A DNA stretch of 64,000 nt from Desulfatiglandales bacterium (GCA_963662465.1 OY759599.1:6688001-6752000); one strand, 5' to 3'. Shown: positions 19,877-30,949, numbered from the stretch's first letter. Notes: generated by a model not told the origin, from the sequence alone. A program made the numbers and translations.

Positions 19877-20833
19877 ATGAGAAAGCTGATGACAGCCATC
19901 ATTTTGATACCGGCTTTTTTGTGGATATTGGATGCCGGTGCTTCGCCCATTGGCGACCGTCCCAGGATATGGCCTGATTTTCAATACAAAGATGATGTGG
20001 CCTATTCGCATTTTTTGGGTGCTTTGGATGGGGCAACAGATGAAATTTCGGATATGGATCTACTGTTCGGAGACTTTGATTTCGGAAGAAAAAAAGCGGG
20101 CGCTTTCGAGTTGTCGTCCGACGCGGATCGTGTAAAAATACCCGTCACTACCTTCATATTTTCCTATGGCGCCTATTTGCATCAATGGGAGGTGCCTCGA
20201 TTGGAAGTACCGATAGAGGCCCCTTTTTTTCAGGAAAGACCTTTTGATTACAAGGGGCCTCCGTCCGATCCGAAACCGCCCCCCGTTATTCAGCCGGAAG
20301 AAATGGATCGGTACCGATATCCCGAAGAGCTTATGACGCCTGTCCATGTGCCTCCCACGGGGTTGATGGATGCCTTTGAGCTTGAATACGCCATGCAGCT
20401 GGAAGAGGATGCGGCGCGTTTCAGATACCCCTTTGCCCCAAAAGACTTGCCTGAGCCCGAAAAACGGTTTTATATGTACGGAGAGGTATCCCCGGGAACG
20501 GGGGCAGGGGGTGTTGGGTATGGTCCCGCCCAACAACAATATGGATATCAGTACCCTGCCGGCGGCTCCGGCCGCGGATATGGGCCGGGAATTGACGCTA
20601 CGGGTGAACTTGAAAAGCGCCCAAAGAAAGGAAAGGGCGGTGTTGGTGATTTTTCTCCAAAAGGGTCGTTGGGCGCTGGAAAGGACCGCCCCTATGCCAT
20701 GATTCTTGTGGGCGCCGGTTTGGCGGCGGTGGCGTCCTTGTTCAGAATGTTTCGATTGAGTCTTCTTATCATGGTGGGCTGGACCGTGTTTTTCTGGAAA
20801 GATCTGTGGCTCATCATTTTAGAGTTGCAGTAG
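19877..20833 (+). CDS. Exported Pro/Gly-rich protein with C-terminal hydrophobic anchor
   Basis: Signal-like N-terminus, Gly/Tyr low-complexity linker, C-terminal TM segments. Confidence 0.65.
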   Translation: MRKLMTAIILIPAFLWILDAGASPIGDRPRIWPDFQYKDDVAYSHFLGALDGATDEISDMDLLFGDFDFGRKKAGAFELSSDADRVKIPVTTFIFSYGAYLHQWEVPRLEVPIEAPFFQERPFDYKGPPSDPKPPPVIQPEEMDRYRYPEELMTPVHVPPTGLMDAFELEYAMQLEEDAARFRYPFAPKDLPEPEKRFYMYGEVSPGTGAGGVGYGPAQQQYGYQYPAGGSGRGYGPGIDATGELEKRPKKGKGGVGDFSPKGSLGAGKDRPYAMILVGAGLAAVASLFRMFRLSLLIMVGWTVFFWKDLWLIILELQ

Positions 20834-20856
20834 CTTTTATTCTCTCCCATGCCTGC

Positions 20857-21705
20857 TCAAATTCCGCTTCGCGAGGGCTTGATCCCGGTTTTTTCTTTCA
20901 GGTTTTTTAAATGGCTATCGCGTTGTCCGGTTGTTTCGTACGTAAAATAAACATCGTAGGTCTGGTGTTTGCTCGCCTGAATTTCAAGGGGAATTTCCTT
21001 AACCGCCCTTTCAAGGTAGGATGCAAAACCCGCGGCCTCATCAAAGGAATCAAACCGCATGATGAGTTCTTTGTGTGCTTTGTCGTAGGGTTTTGCGAGA
21101 ACGACTTTTAAATGCCTGAAGATATAGGCCGCATACCACTTGGCGCCTGAGGGAACCCGCCTTTTAGGACTGATGGCATTGGGGCCGTAATTGTAAGCCG
21201 CAACGGCCAGGAACAAGTCGCCTTCAAATTCATCCAGAAGCCATGACAGGTATCGGGCGCCGGCATCAATATTGACGGCGGGGTTGAAAAGGTCCTCTCT
21301 GCGCATGACGCCCAGATCATTTGCCGTTCCGGGCCATTTGATTTGCATGAGGCCGAGACATTCCTTGTGGCTGCGGGCATCGGGATCAAAACCGGACTCG
21401 CCGCGCGCCATTGCCACCAGCAAGGGAATCGGCAGATCGTACTTTCGAGCCGCATCCGCAAAGCAGTCCATGTAGGGATAATCGCCTTGAACCCTGGCCG
21501 ATTTTTTTTTGTCAAAAAATGCTTTCCAACGCAGCCGGATTTCAGCCTCGGTACTGTCTACTGTCTTGTTCAGGTTTGCCCAAGAGGTTCCTTCACCCAG
21601 AGAAAACACAAAGCCCATGCCCATAAACAGCGACAGTATGAAAAAAAGTTTTGCTTTTGATTTCAGCATTATTTCAGGTTTTACGTCATTTCTGAGCCGC
21701 GGCAT
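20857..21705 (-). CDS. Lytic transglycosylase (SLT domain)
   Basis: RGESGF, GLMQI, AAYNYGP. Confidence 0.9.
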   Translation of the reverse strand: MPRLRNDVKPEIMLKSKAKLFFILSLFMGMGFVFSLGEGTSWANLNKTVDSTEAEIRLRWKAFFDKKKSARVQGDYPYMDCFADAARKYDLPIPLLVAMARGESGFDPDARSHKECLGLMQIKWPGTANDLGVMRREDLFNPAVNIDAGARYLSWLLDEFEGDLFLAVAAYNYGPNAISPKRRVPSGAKWYAAYIFRHLKVVLAKPYDKAHKELIMRFDSFDEAAGFASYLERAVKEIPLEIQASKHQTYDVYFTYETTGQRDSHLKNLKEKTGIKPSRSGI

Positions 21706-22105
21706 AAATTTTTTTAACCAGATCTCCCAGTTCGCAGGGTTTGGTTAGATAGTCGAAAGCCCCATGGGCCAGACCCTCCTTGGCCGCTTTTTCCGAACCA
21801 TGGCCGGTCAGCATAATGACCGCCATTTCAGGGTAGGCCTTCTTGAAAATTTTAAGGACTTCAATGCCATCCATATCTTCCATTTTCAGATCGAGGATGG
21901 CAACATCAAAATCATTTTTCCGAATGGTTTTGATGGCGCCGGCGCCGGTAAACACCGGTGTAACCAACATTCCTCTCTTCCTGAGCCTCTTGGAAATGAC
22001 CTCGGCAAACCCCACCTCATCATCAACAAGAAGCACTTTGATGGAATCTGAATGAATTTTTTCCATTCTTAAAAAATCCTTTTTCCCTGAAACGAGATCG
22101 GTCAT
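21686..22105 (-). CDS. Single-domain response regulator
   Basis: LLVDDE, ILDLKM, MLTGHG, YLTKP. Confidence 0.92.
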   Translation of the reverse strand: MTDLVSGKKDFLRMEKIHSDSIKVLLVDDEVGFAEVISKRLRKRGMLVTPVFTGAGAIKTIRKNDFDVAILDLKMEDMDGIEVLKIFKKAYPEMAVIMLTGHGSEKAAKEGLAHGAFDYLTKPCELGDLVKKIYAAAQK

Positions 22106-22113
22106 CGGTCTTT

Positions 22114-22545
22114 TCAGGCGCGGTGGGAGGTAATCTCTTTTATTCGCGCCTCAATGATCTTTTCCTCATGCCTTCTTTTTTTGGCGGCGGCCTGTGTTAC
22201 TTTTTCCAGGAGTACATCCATATCACAGGGCTTCATCAAGTAATCAAAGGCGCCCAGTTTCATCCCTTCTATGCCGGTTTCCACCGTGGCGTGACCGGTT
22301 AGCATAATCACTTCCTGCAAGGGAAATTTATTCCGGATTTGCCCAAGGGTCTCGATACCATCCATGCCGGGCATCTTCACGTCGAGAATAACAACCTCAA
22401 TGCTTCTGTCTTTTTCAATAACCTCCAAGGCTTCGGAACCGCTGAATGCCGTAGTGATATTGATATTTCTTTTGTTTAAACGCCTGGCCATCGCTTCCAC
22501 GAAAGGAACTTCATCATCAACCAAAAGCACATTTGCTATTGCCAT
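22114..22545 (-). CDS. Single-domain response regulator
   Basis: LLVDDE, ILDVKMPG, MLTGHA, YLMKP. Confidence 0.93.
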   Translation of the reverse strand: MAIANVLLVDDEVPFVEAMARRLNKRNINITTAFSGSEALEVIEKDRSIEVVILDVKMPGMDGIETLGQIRNKFPLQEVIMLTGHATVETGIEGMKLGAFDYLMKPCDMDVLLEKVTQAAAKKRRHEEKIIEARIKEITSHRA

Positions 22546-22557
22546 AACCTTTTCTCC

Positions 22558-24285
22558 TTATAAGCCATTCTCTTCATTCTTATTCTTGGGAAAGGGAATT
22601 TTTATTGTAAACGTCGTCCCCTCATCGATGACGCTCTTGACTTCAATGCTCCCTCCCATTTTTTTGATGATGCCGTAACATATGGACAGGCCTAAACCCG
22701 TGCCTTTTCCCACCGGCTTGGTGGTAAAAAATGGATCAAATATTCGGGTCAGATTGGCCGACGGGATGCCGGGACCGTTATCTGCAATTTCAATAATGAT
22801 GTGATCGCCCACGATGATGCCGCTTTCTTCCAAACGGCTGGATAGTTTTAAGACGCCCCCTGTTTTCTCCATGGCATCAAGGGCATTATTGATCAAGTTA
22901 AGTAAAACCTGCTGAAGTTCGGTCAGGGAAAGCCGGATGGTGGGCAGGTCTTTCTGAAGGTGGGCATCAATGGTTACGTTGCTGTATCTGGCCCGTTGCT
23001 CGGATAAAACCACCATTTCCTCGATCATTTCATTTAACTGCACTTCTTGAATGCGGGAGTCTGTTTTCCGAGCGAAACTGAGTAGTTTATGCGTGATTTC
23101 TTTGCATCGACGTCCCTGTGTTCGAATTTGCAGCAATGCGCGCTTAAATTCCTGCAGGTTTTCTCCGTCTTTGAGATCCTCTTCCTCCAGAAGGTCTTCG
23201 ATCCAACCGGCCTCTTCCACCATAATCGCCACAGGATTGTTGATTTCGTGGGCAATGCCGGCGGCCAATTCCCCAACGGAAGCCAGTTTGCCCGTTTCGA
23301 CAACCTGCTCATTCATCATTTCCGTTTCTTTATCAGCCTGTTTAATCCGATGAACCATTTTTCTGGACAAAAGCAACGCAATAGACAACACCAAAACGCT
23401 TGCTGCGAGCATTATGGCCAGTGCTATTTTGATGGCCCTTCTCAAATCGGAAAAGGCATCCGATGCTTTTTGCTGATAGACCAGAAGCCAGTCGCCATGT
23501 TTCAAAAGCGCTGCGACATAAATGGTTTTTTCCCCGAAATCATCGTCCTGTTCGATGATCCGTACGCCATCCTTGAAAGAATCGCTCTCCCCGATAAAAC
23601 TGGTATAGGGTTCCTTATCGGGGATCAGGTCGAAGAGTGGTTTTGTTTGGAATTCGCCTTTTCTGTTTAAGATAAACGCAAATCCTGTCTCGCCGATGCG
23701 GATTTTTTCCACAAGGTTGTTAAAGGCTACAAAATCGACGGTGGCTCTCAAGATCCATTGTTGCCCCTCATGGTTTTCTCTCATGGCAATAATAAAATGC
23801 GGGAGTCCACGAAGTCCCAGGAAAACATCACTCTTGAAGTACTCGCTTTTCATGGCTTTTTGAAACCACTCCGCCGAAGAATAGAGGGCTTTTCCCAGGT
23901 TAAAGGGGCCTGCATAGGCAATTTGAAGTCCCCGTGAATTGATAACCCCCAGATCAACAAAAACCGGTCCGTAAATCTGCTGTAAAAGCGCAAGCCTGTC
24001 CTGTAGAAAATCGGAATCCGCCAATTCTTCATACGAAAAGGTTTTGGCCATTAATTGGATATCGCCCAGCTTTTCTTTGAGAAAACTGTCGATATTCTGA
24101 GTATGCTTGAGAACCAGTTCTTTGAGGTGGGCCTGAACTTTTTCGTGGTCGGAAATCTCAAATTGATAAAGGATGATGCTGCTGACCAGAATCATCGGCA
24201 TGATCGACACGATAAGGATAGTCAACAGCATATTCCGGGTTAGCAGATGGTAATAAGAATCGGTTTTTTGCTTTTCTGACGCCAT
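22558..24285 (-). CDS. Membrane sensor histidine kinase (Cache-like sensor, NtrB-like kinase)
   Basis: Two TM helices; AHEINNP, NLINNA, DNGPGI, FFTTK..GTGLGL. Confidence 0.93.
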   Translation of the reverse strand: MASEKQKTDSYYHLLTRNMLLTILIVSIMPMILVSSIILYQFEISDHEKVQAHLKELVLKHTQNIDSFLKEKLGDIQLMAKTFSYEELADSDFLQDRLALLQQIYGPVFVDLGVINSRGLQIAYAGPFNLGKALYSSAEWFQKAMKSEYFKSDVFLGLRGLPHFIIAMRENHEGQQWILRATVDFVAFNNLVEKIRIGETGFAFILNRKGEFQTKPLFDLIPDKEPYTSFIGESDSFKDGVRIIEQDDDFGEKTIYVAALLKHGDWLLVYQQKASDAFSDLRRAIKIALAIMLAASVLVLSIALLLSRKMVHRIKQADKETEMMNEQVVETGKLASVGELAAGIAHEINNPVAIMVEEAGWIEDLLEEEDLKDGENLQEFKRALLQIRTQGRRCKEITHKLLSFARKTDSRIQEVQLNEMIEEMVVLSEQRARYSNVTIDAHLQKDLPTIRLSLTELQQVLLNLINNALDAMEKTGGVLKLSSRLEESGIIVGDHIIIEIADNGPGIPSANLTRIFDPFFTTKPVGKGTGLGLSICYGIIKKMGGSIEVKSVIDEGTTFTIKIPFPKNKNEENGL

Positions 24286-24287
24286 TT

Positions 24288-25733
24288 TTAAGGTAGAATC
24301 TCTATTGTGGGATAAATCCCTTTCAATCGGCCTTCGGGGTAGGGCTGAATCGTATTGAAGGCAATGTCGCTGTCCTTTTGTGCGTGACCACGATTCTTGT
24401 TGCCCTCAAAATACGCCCCGTTGGCCTCAAGGATGTGTTCGATCCGATGTTTGAAATCGGCTACGAAGGTGCGACCGTTCCCGTTAAATTGCATTGCGCC
24501 CAGTTTGAATTCACCGTCTATCTTTGAAAAATCGTCAAGGGAAACGCTGTGTTTCGCCAGGTCGTCATGGTTTCTGATATGTCCCCAAACCAGATAACCT
24601 TCAGGAATGTCCAAAGGGCTTTCCAGATCAATGATGGTATGAGGCATAATAATGCACCCTTCGCCGACGGTCAGGGGGTTTTCTTTTGTTCCGTGCAAAA
24701 AGGAATTAAACCCCACAAAGACTTTTTTTCCCATCAGGGCATGAACGATTTTCCCGCCATGAGCGGTCACATTGTCGCCTTCCAACCGAGAATCGATAAT
24801 GTAGCAGTTTTCCTGAGCATTTGCGCCATTGCCAAGCCATGCGTCCTCCAGGTAGGCCCTTTGCGCTACCAGAACATTTTCGCCGATACGCGTTTTCCCT
24901 TTTACCGCTGCATAGGGGCTGAGGGAAGACCCCAAGGGGGCATGGGTGGGAGGCTTATAATAGGCGGCGTCAAATACGGGTTGAAAACTATCCTTACGGC
25001 TTTCCACAAAATCCATAAACAACCCTGCGGGGGGATTGCCCGGGTTAAGGCGGATATATTTTTTCAGGATTGTTTCCTCAAATTGATAATTGAACTGATA
25101 ACCATTTTCGCTGCGAATCCAGATGCGTCCGGGAGCGATTAATTCGTGGGACAGTTCGCCTGTTTGAAGGTAGGCAAAAGAACCGATGACGCAGTCGTGA
25201 AGCGTGGTTAAATCCACGGTGCAGAAAGGTCCCAGGAAACATCCTTCAACCGGGGCGCCGTGGATATTCGCATAATTCAGCGCCGCTGTATTTTGAATAA
25301 TGAATTCCTCAAGATTTTCGGGGTCGTGGGAAAAATTGTGAACCAGTGTTTTTAAAAGGAAGCTGTCTTTAATGTGAATGGCTTCGTCGTCGTGAACTGG
25401 AATGTTGAACTTGTCATATTGATAGATGTCTCCCCTGCTCTTCAATTCGTCGCCGCGGATATCGCTCTTATACAAAACGGAATGATCAACCAGGCACTTG
25501 CCCAGGAAAAAGCTGCCGGCCAGACTGGAATGGTTAAACTTGAAATGGAGAGGATGATCCGTTGTGATGCCGTAAAAAGCATAGAATTTTGCCATTTGAT
25601 CGATCTCAACAGCCGCTCGGATATAGGGCCCCACATCAAACAGCGGTTCTCTGAGGTTGATATTGATTCGCTCTATGATCCGATGTATCAGTAACTGTAA
25701 ATCTTGCATTGTTCCGTACTCCTTGGGTTTCAA
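24288..25733 (-). CDS. Left-handed beta-helix (hexapeptide repeat) protein, carbonic anhydrase/transferase-like
   Basis: RIGENVLVAQRAYL, KVFVGFNSFL, TVGEGCIIMPH. Confidence 0.7.
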   Translation of the reverse strand: MKPKEYGTMQDLQLLIHRIIERININLREPLFDVGPYIRAAVEIDQMAKFYAFYGITTDHPLHFKFNHSSLAGSFFLGKCLVDHSVLYKSDIRGDELKSRGDIYQYDKFNIPVHDDEAIHIKDSFLLKTLVHNFSHDPENLEEFIIQNTAALNYANIHGAPVEGCFLGPFCTVDLTTLHDCVIGSFAYLQTGELSHELIAPGRIWIRSENGYQFNYQFEETILKKYIRLNPGNPPAGLFMDFVESRKDSFQPVFDAAYYKPPTHAPLGSSLSPYAAVKGKTRIGENVLVAQRAYLEDAWLGNGANAQENCYIIDSRLEGDNVTAHGGKIVHALMGKKVFVGFNSFLHGTKENPLTVGEGCIIMPHTIIDLESPLDIPEGYLVWGHIRNHDDLAKHSVSLDDFSKIDGEFKLGAMQFNGNGRTFVADFKHRIEHILEANGAYFEGNKNRGHAQKDSDIAFNTIQPYPEGRLKGIYPTIEILP

Positions 25734-25749
25734 CGCTTTCTTGAACGAA

Positions 25750-27225
25750 TTAAGGTGTTGTTACGGGCATTCCCATCATCGGCCACAGTATATATATGGC
25801 AAATGCTACTACCCCCATCAACATAATGCTGGCTGGAATTCCATAAAGAAAAAATTCACCGGTGGAGAACTGTTTGGAATCGTAGGCAATGGCATTGGGC
25901 GCCGCCCCGACCAGCAACAGGAAAGGCATACCCGCCGTAACGAGGGATGCGAATAGAATAACCTCGGGCGCCACATGCAGGTAGGGTGCGATGACCAGCG
26001 CTACGGGCAGTGAAATGGCAATCGCTGCCACATTCATAATAAAGTTGGTCATCATCATCACGAAAAAAGCGATGCTCATAACGAACACGAACCAGGAGGC
26101 TTCCTTGAACATGGTAAGCCAGTTTACGGCAAGCCATTTGGCCGCACCCGTGTCCCACAGGCAAAAGCCGATGCTCATGGCCCCACCAAACAGAAGGATA
26201 ATATTCCATGGAATCGCTTCAAGATCTTCCACATCCAGGATTCCGGTAATAAAGAAAAGGATGGTGGATACCAGGATGATGGCGGTTTTGTTGATCGGCT
26301 GAAGGGCCGGTATAAAAGACTGAAGGGACATGACCAGAATGGCGCTGAAAACGATGACCGTAGCCAGAATTTCTTTCCTGGTGATGCCGCCGAGTTCAGC
26401 ATTCAGTTGTTTCGCTTTTTCTCTCAACCCCGGAATGACTTTTTTCTCGGGTTTCAGAAATATCATAAAGAAACCCCACAGGAGAAATATCATCAGCCAC
26501 CCGACGGGGAACATATAGTAGCTTAATTCAAAAAAACTGATATTTTTGCCCACCACGTCGTTATAAAAACCGATGGCCACCGCGCCCCTGGCAGCGCCCA
26601 GGAGGGTAATAATACTTCCAGCGCCCGCCACATAGGCCATTCCCATAAACAGACCCTTTCCAAATTTCGTTTGTTTGTTTCCCTCACCATAAAGCGCGTA
26701 GATAGAAAGAAGCAACGGGTAAATGGTTGCGGCAACCGCGGTATGGGCCATGATAAGGGTCAGTGCCCCTGTTACCACGAAACAGCCCAGATAAATCATA
26801 CTGGTTCTTTCCCCCACAACCATCAACATCTTATAGGCAAGCCGTTTTGTTAATCCCACTTTGGTAAAGACCAGGCCGATGACAATCGATGCAAAAATAA
26901 ACATGACGGACGGCACCATAAAATCCGTAAAGGCCACCTTTGCCGGTCGGATCAGAAACATGGCTTGAAGAACGCCGATGGCCAGACTGGTGACCCCGAT
27001 GGGAACCACTTCAAATACCCACCAGGTGCCCGCCAGGAGGAAAACCGCCAATGCCCCCTTGGCTTCTTTGCTGAGGGCAAAATGCTTTCCCAGGGGATCG
27101 ATGGCGTCGGGCCAGGATGAGGAAGCATAGACAATAATAAAAAGAAAAATCCCTACGAAAAGAAAAATAATTTTCGTCCAGTTAATTTTTGGTTTTCCAT
27201 CGGCTGAAGCAATGTCGTTCGACAT
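25750..27225 (-). CDS. SLC13/DASS family anion transporter
   Basis: Multi-TM; EVVPIGVT, IPWNIILLFGG, GAAPNAIAY. Confidence 0.9.
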   Translation of the reverse strand: MSNDIASADGKPKINWTKIIFLFVGIFLFIIVYASSSWPDAIDPLGKHFALSKEAKGALAVFLLAGTWWVFEVVPIGVTSLAIGVLQAMFLIRPAKVAFTDFMVPSVMFIFASIVIGLVFTKVGLTKRLAYKMLMVVGERTSMIYLGCFVVTGALTLIMAHTAVAATIYPLLLSIYALYGEGNKQTKFGKGLFMGMAYVAGAGSIITLLGAARGAVAIGFYNDVVGKNISFFELSYYMFPVGWLMIFLLWGFFMIFLKPEKKVIPGLREKAKQLNAELGGITRKEILATVIVFSAILVMSLQSFIPALQPINKTAIILVSTILFFITGILDVEDLEAIPWNIILLFGGAMSIGFCLWDTGAAKWLAVNWLTMFKEASWFVFVMSIAFFVMMMTNFIMNVAAIAISLPVALVIAPYLHVAPEVILFASLVTAGMPFLLLVGAAPNAIAYDSKQFSTGEFFLYGIPASIMLMGVVAFAIYILWPMMGMPVTTP

Positions 27226-27293
27226 GTATTAAGCCCTCCGTTTAATTTGCATCATCATCATCGTCAAGGGGAATTAAATGCCCAGTTGTTAGG

Positions 27294-27851
27294 TTAAAGG
27301 GCGCAGGTCGTCTTTATGGCTAAAAAGATGGCGTTAAACACGTCCGTTAACCTCAAAATCCCAATAATATCGTCTCCCCTGGTTACCAGCAGAGATTGAT
27401 GGTGCCCCATTACCAATTGATGGCAGGCCATTTCCAGGGAAGCCGTCTCGCTGACATACTCCCCTTCGCTGGGCGTATGCATGAAATCCTTGACTTTTAC
27501 GGCGGTGGCCTTTTTGCAGATATCCGTGAGGGGCTTTTGCCAGAGATAGTTCTGTTCCAGTATGGATGAAATAAATTTACGGCTCAGGCCGAACCGCGAC
27601 AAAGACTTGATATCACCCATTTCACCATATTTGGGCTCCAATGCTTTTATGATGTCTAACTGGCTCAACTTGCCTACAATCTTATTCTTTTTGTTGTATG
27701 CCAGAACGGCCCGGTGTTTATAGGGTAGATGTTCAAATTTACTTTGTGCTTCTTCCAAGGCCAGAACGGCCTCGTAAAGGGTTGCGCTATCTGAGACCGT
27801 GGCGTACTCTTCAAGCGGTACCATGAGTTCTTTTATTGATATGGTTTTCAT
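27294..27851 (-). CDS. CBS-domain protein
   Basis: Two CBS motifs (IKELMVP..IVGKLSQLD; VKDFMHT..IIGILRLTD). Confidence 0.85.
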   Translation of the reverse strand: MKTISIKELMVPLEEYATVSDSATLYEAVLALEEAQSKFEHLPYKHRAVLAYNKKNKIVGKLSQLDIIKALEPKYGEMGDIKSLSRFGLSRKFISSILEQNYLWQKPLTDICKKATAVKVKDFMHTPSEGEYVSETASLEMACHQLVMGHHQSLLVTRGDDIIGILRLTDVFNAIFLAIKTTCAL

Positions 27852-28096
27852 AATATATTTTCCTTAATTTGTATTCTGAACATTTTAACGGCGGATAATA
27901 AAAATTCGACTTGTCAAAGTCAAGAGATTTGCTGTTGGGCCGTTATTCTTTTTGCCGACGCCCATTTAAATATTCCCGGATACAATCTTAAAAGCATTGA
28001 AAATTGATCCCACAATAATTTATAGTGGGCGCGAACGGTTTCAATTTATAAAAGGTTTTAATTGAAAATAAACTATCCTGATCAGGAGCTGTAATT

Positions 28097-29803
28097 ATGT
28101 CGCAGTGTATCGTTGTTATTGGGGCGGTTGCTTTAGGACCCAAGGCCGCCTGCCGTTTTAAAAGACTTGAACCCGATTCGAAGGTTATAATGGTTGATCA
28201 GTCGGATCTCATTTCCTACGGGGGCTGTGGAATTCCCTATTTTGTATCTGGAGACGTCAGTGATGCGAATCAGCTTCAGTCAACCAGCTTTCATATGGTT
28301 CGCAATGTGGAATTTTTCCATAATGTGAAAGATATTGATGTTTTGATTAACACCAGGGCTTTATCCATCGATCGAAAAGCCAAGACCGTGAGACTGCAAA
28401 ATGTGCTGGATCAACGAGAGGACAATCTGCATTATGACCAACTGGTGCTGGCTACCGGCAGTCGGCCCAAACGATTGCCCATTCCCGGCGCCGATCTGAA
28501 AGGTGTTTTTACGGTATCGAGTCTCAATGAGGCCGTGGCTATCAAGCAGGAGCTTGCCGATGGTGGGGTTGAAAAAGCCGTCGTTATCGGGGCCGGGGCC
28601 ATCGGACTTGAAATGGCGGAAGCCCTGGCGGATCTATGGGGGATCGACACCACGGTTATCGCAAGGGCCGATCAAATTTTATCCCGCATTGTCAGTCCTA
28701 ATATGGCCCGCATGGCTCAATGTCATCTGGAAGAAAATGGTGTTTCAGTCCATCTGGGTGAAATGGTTCTGAAGCTTGAAGGGACGGATCGGGTGGAAAA
28801 GGTGATTACCGACAAGGGGACCATTGATGCGAATATGGTGATCATGGCCGTCGGCGTTGTTCCAAACAGCGATCTTGCCGGGGAAGCCGGTCTTGAGGTT
28901 TCATCCGGCGGGGCCATTGTGGTCAATGAGCGGATGGAAACGTCGGACCCGCATATTTTTGCCGGAGGAGACTGTGTGGAGATTCGTAATTTGCTCACCG
29001 GAAAACCCGGGTTCTTCCCCTCCGGTTCTCTGGCAAACCGGCAAGGGCGGGTCATCGGTACAAATCTTGCGGGTGGAAACGCCAGGTTTGAGGGGGCTGT
29101 CGGAACCTTCGTTATAAAAATTTTCGAAATATCCCTTGCCAGCGCGGGAATGAGCCTGAAAATTGCGAAAGCTGAGGAATGGGACGCCTTGAGCGTCTTT
29201 GTTTCACAGTTTGATTGTGCTCATTTTTTTCCGGAGAAAGATCTCATGTACCTGGAGCTCATCGTGGACCGAAAAACAGCGAGAGTTCTCGGGATTCAGG
29301 GGTTTGGCGCCATGACGGACGCGGTTTTCGCCAGAGTCAACGCTGTTGCCGCCATCCTCAAGGATGGTCCCACCACCAATGATATCAGCAACCTTGAACT
29401 CCTCTATGCGCCGCCTTTCTCAGCGGCCATGGATATCCTAAATGCTTTGGGTAATACGGCCGAAAACGTTTTAAGAGAAAAAAATGAATTGATTGATGTG
29501 GACCAATTTGCAAAATGGTGGCAGGATAGAGCAGATAATGACGCCGTTTTTCTGGATTGTCGGGGCTGGGGGAATGCGAAACCCTTTGTGGAAAAATATT
29601 CTGATGACTGGAAAAGCATTCCTCAGGATGAACTTAGAATGCGCATGGATGAGGTTCCCAGGGATAAGCCCCTGGTTCTTATTTGCAATACGGGTGTTCG
29701 TTCCTACGAAGCACAGTTGAATTTGCGGCAGGTGGGGATTACCAATACTTACAATCTTCAAGGTGGCATGGCCACTGTTAAACAGTGGGGTCTGGATCTT
29801 TAA
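28097..29803 (+). CDS. CoA-disulfide reductase-rhodanese fusion (NADH:persulfide reductase-like)
   Basis: SYGGCGIPY redox Cys, GAGAIG, YAPPF, C-terminal rhodanese ICNTGVRS. Confidence 0.88.
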   Translation: MSQCIVVIGAVALGPKAACRFKRLEPDSKVIMVDQSDLISYGGCGIPYFVSGDVSDANQLQSTSFHMVRNVEFFHNVKDIDVLINTRALSIDRKAKTVRLQNVLDQREDNLHYDQLVLATGSRPKRLPIPGADLKGVFTVSSLNEAVAIKQELADGGVEKAVVIGAGAIGLEMAEALADLWGIDTTVIARADQILSRIVSPNMARMAQCHLEENGVSVHLGEMVLKLEGTDRVEKVITDKGTIDANMVIMAVGVVPNSDLAGEAGLEVSSGGAIVVNERMETSDPHIFAGGDCVEIRNLLTGKPGFFPSGSLANRQGRVIGTNLAGGNARFEGAVGTFVIKIFEISLASAGMSLKIAKAEEWDALSVFVSQFDCAHFFPEKDLMYLELIVDRKTARVLGIQGFGAMTDAVFARVNAVAAILKDGPTTNDISNLELLYAPPFSAAMDILNALGNTAENVLREKNELIDVDQFAKWWQDRADNDAVFLDCRGWGNAKPFVEKYSDDWKSIPQDELRMRMDEVPRDKPLVLICNTGVRSYEAQLNLRQVGITNTYNLQGGMATVKQWGLDL

Positions 29804-29863
29804 GCACCGTTTACGGTTGACAATAGAATAATAAAATCAATAAGATGATGGAGGCACAGGCGA

Positions 29864-30274
29864 ATGGATTTTGGCATTATGCAAAAAGCACTGAAGGACT
29901 GTTCTCTGTTTCGAGATCTGGATCAGGGCCAATTGGGCCTTTTGGCCATGAACGCTGAGGCAAAACAGTTTTTTGTGGAGGATACCGTCTATCGGCAGGG
30001 AGATGATGCTGACGGTTCCTTTGCCCTCATTGTTTCAGGGAAACTGGAGGTGATAACCCAAAAGGGGTATGTTTTGAAAACATTGTGTACTGGTGAAATC
30101 ATTGGCGAAGTCGGTACCATCAGTCAACAGGGAAAACGTACGGTAACGCTGAAAGCCGTTGAGCCCGCAACCCTGCTGCAATGGAATATTCAGGATATCG
30201 GAAATACTTCTCCGTCATTATTAAAAAAACTCAAGAATTTGGCGTGGCGGAGAATAAAAGATTGGAATGAATAG
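29864..30274 (+). CDS. Cyclic-nucleotide-binding domain protein
   Basis: YRQGD, IVSGKLEV, GEIIGE, RTVTLKA. Confidence 0.85.
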   Translation: MDFGIMQKALKDCSLFRDLDQGQLGLLAMNAEAKQFFVEDTVYRQGDDADGSFALIVSGKLEVITQKGYVLKTLCTGEIIGEVGTISQQGKRTVTLKAVEPATLLQWNIQDIGNTSPSLLKKLKNLAWRRIKDWNE

Positions 30275-30435
30275 GTAAAAACCGATTGTGAAAATGGTGT
30301 CTTGCAATGAATGAAATCCTTTGGTATTCTGTGCTTCAATAGGTATTACGGATCGGCTTTTCAGAGGAGAGGGGGTGAATCTTGAGAACACCCGGGTTGT
30401 TGGCCAAAACATTCTAATGGAAAAGGAGGGTTGCA

Positions 30436-30645
30436 ATGGCTGGAAGCACATACAAAATTATTGAATTGGTGGGAACGAGCGACCAATCATGGGAAGAAGC
30501 TGCGAAAACAGCAATTGAGACGGCGGGGGAAAGCCTTAAGGATCTGAGAGTAGCGGAAGTTACCAAACTGGATTTAACCATCGAAAATGGAAAGGTGACC
30601 TCATTTCGAACCCGACTGAGTGTTTCATTTAAGTACGCCAAATAG
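30436..30645 (+). CDS. Dodecin (flavin-binding), copy 1
   Basis: YKIIELVGTS..SWEEAA..LRVAEV..LSVSFKY. Confidence 0.92.
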   Translation: MAGSTYKIIELVGTSDQSWEEAAKTAIETAGESLKDLRVAEVTKLDLTIENGKVTSFRTRLSVSFKYAK

Positions 30646-30739
30646 GGTAAACATCGAGGCAAAACCTTCCGCGTTTAACCCCCATTTTGGGTTTACCGGG
30701 TTGTTGGCCAAAACATTCTAATGGAAGAGGAGGGTTACG

Positions 30740-30949
30740 ATGGCTGGAAGCACATATAAAATTATTGAATTGGTAGGTACGAGCGACCAATCGTGGGAAG
30801 ACGCAACAAGAACAGCAATTGAGACGGCGGGCGAAAGCCTCAAGGATTTGAGGGTAGCGGAAATTACCAAACTGGATGTCACCATCGAAAATGGAAAGGT
30901 GACCTCATTTCGAACCCGACTGAGTGTTTCATTTAAGTACGCCAAATAG
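30740..30949 (+). CDS. Dodecin, copy 2
   Basis: Near-identical paralog of copy 1. Confidence 0.92.
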   Translation: MAGSTYKIIELVGTSDQSWEDATRTAIETAGESLKDLRVAEITKLDVTIENGKVTSFRTRLSVSFKYAK

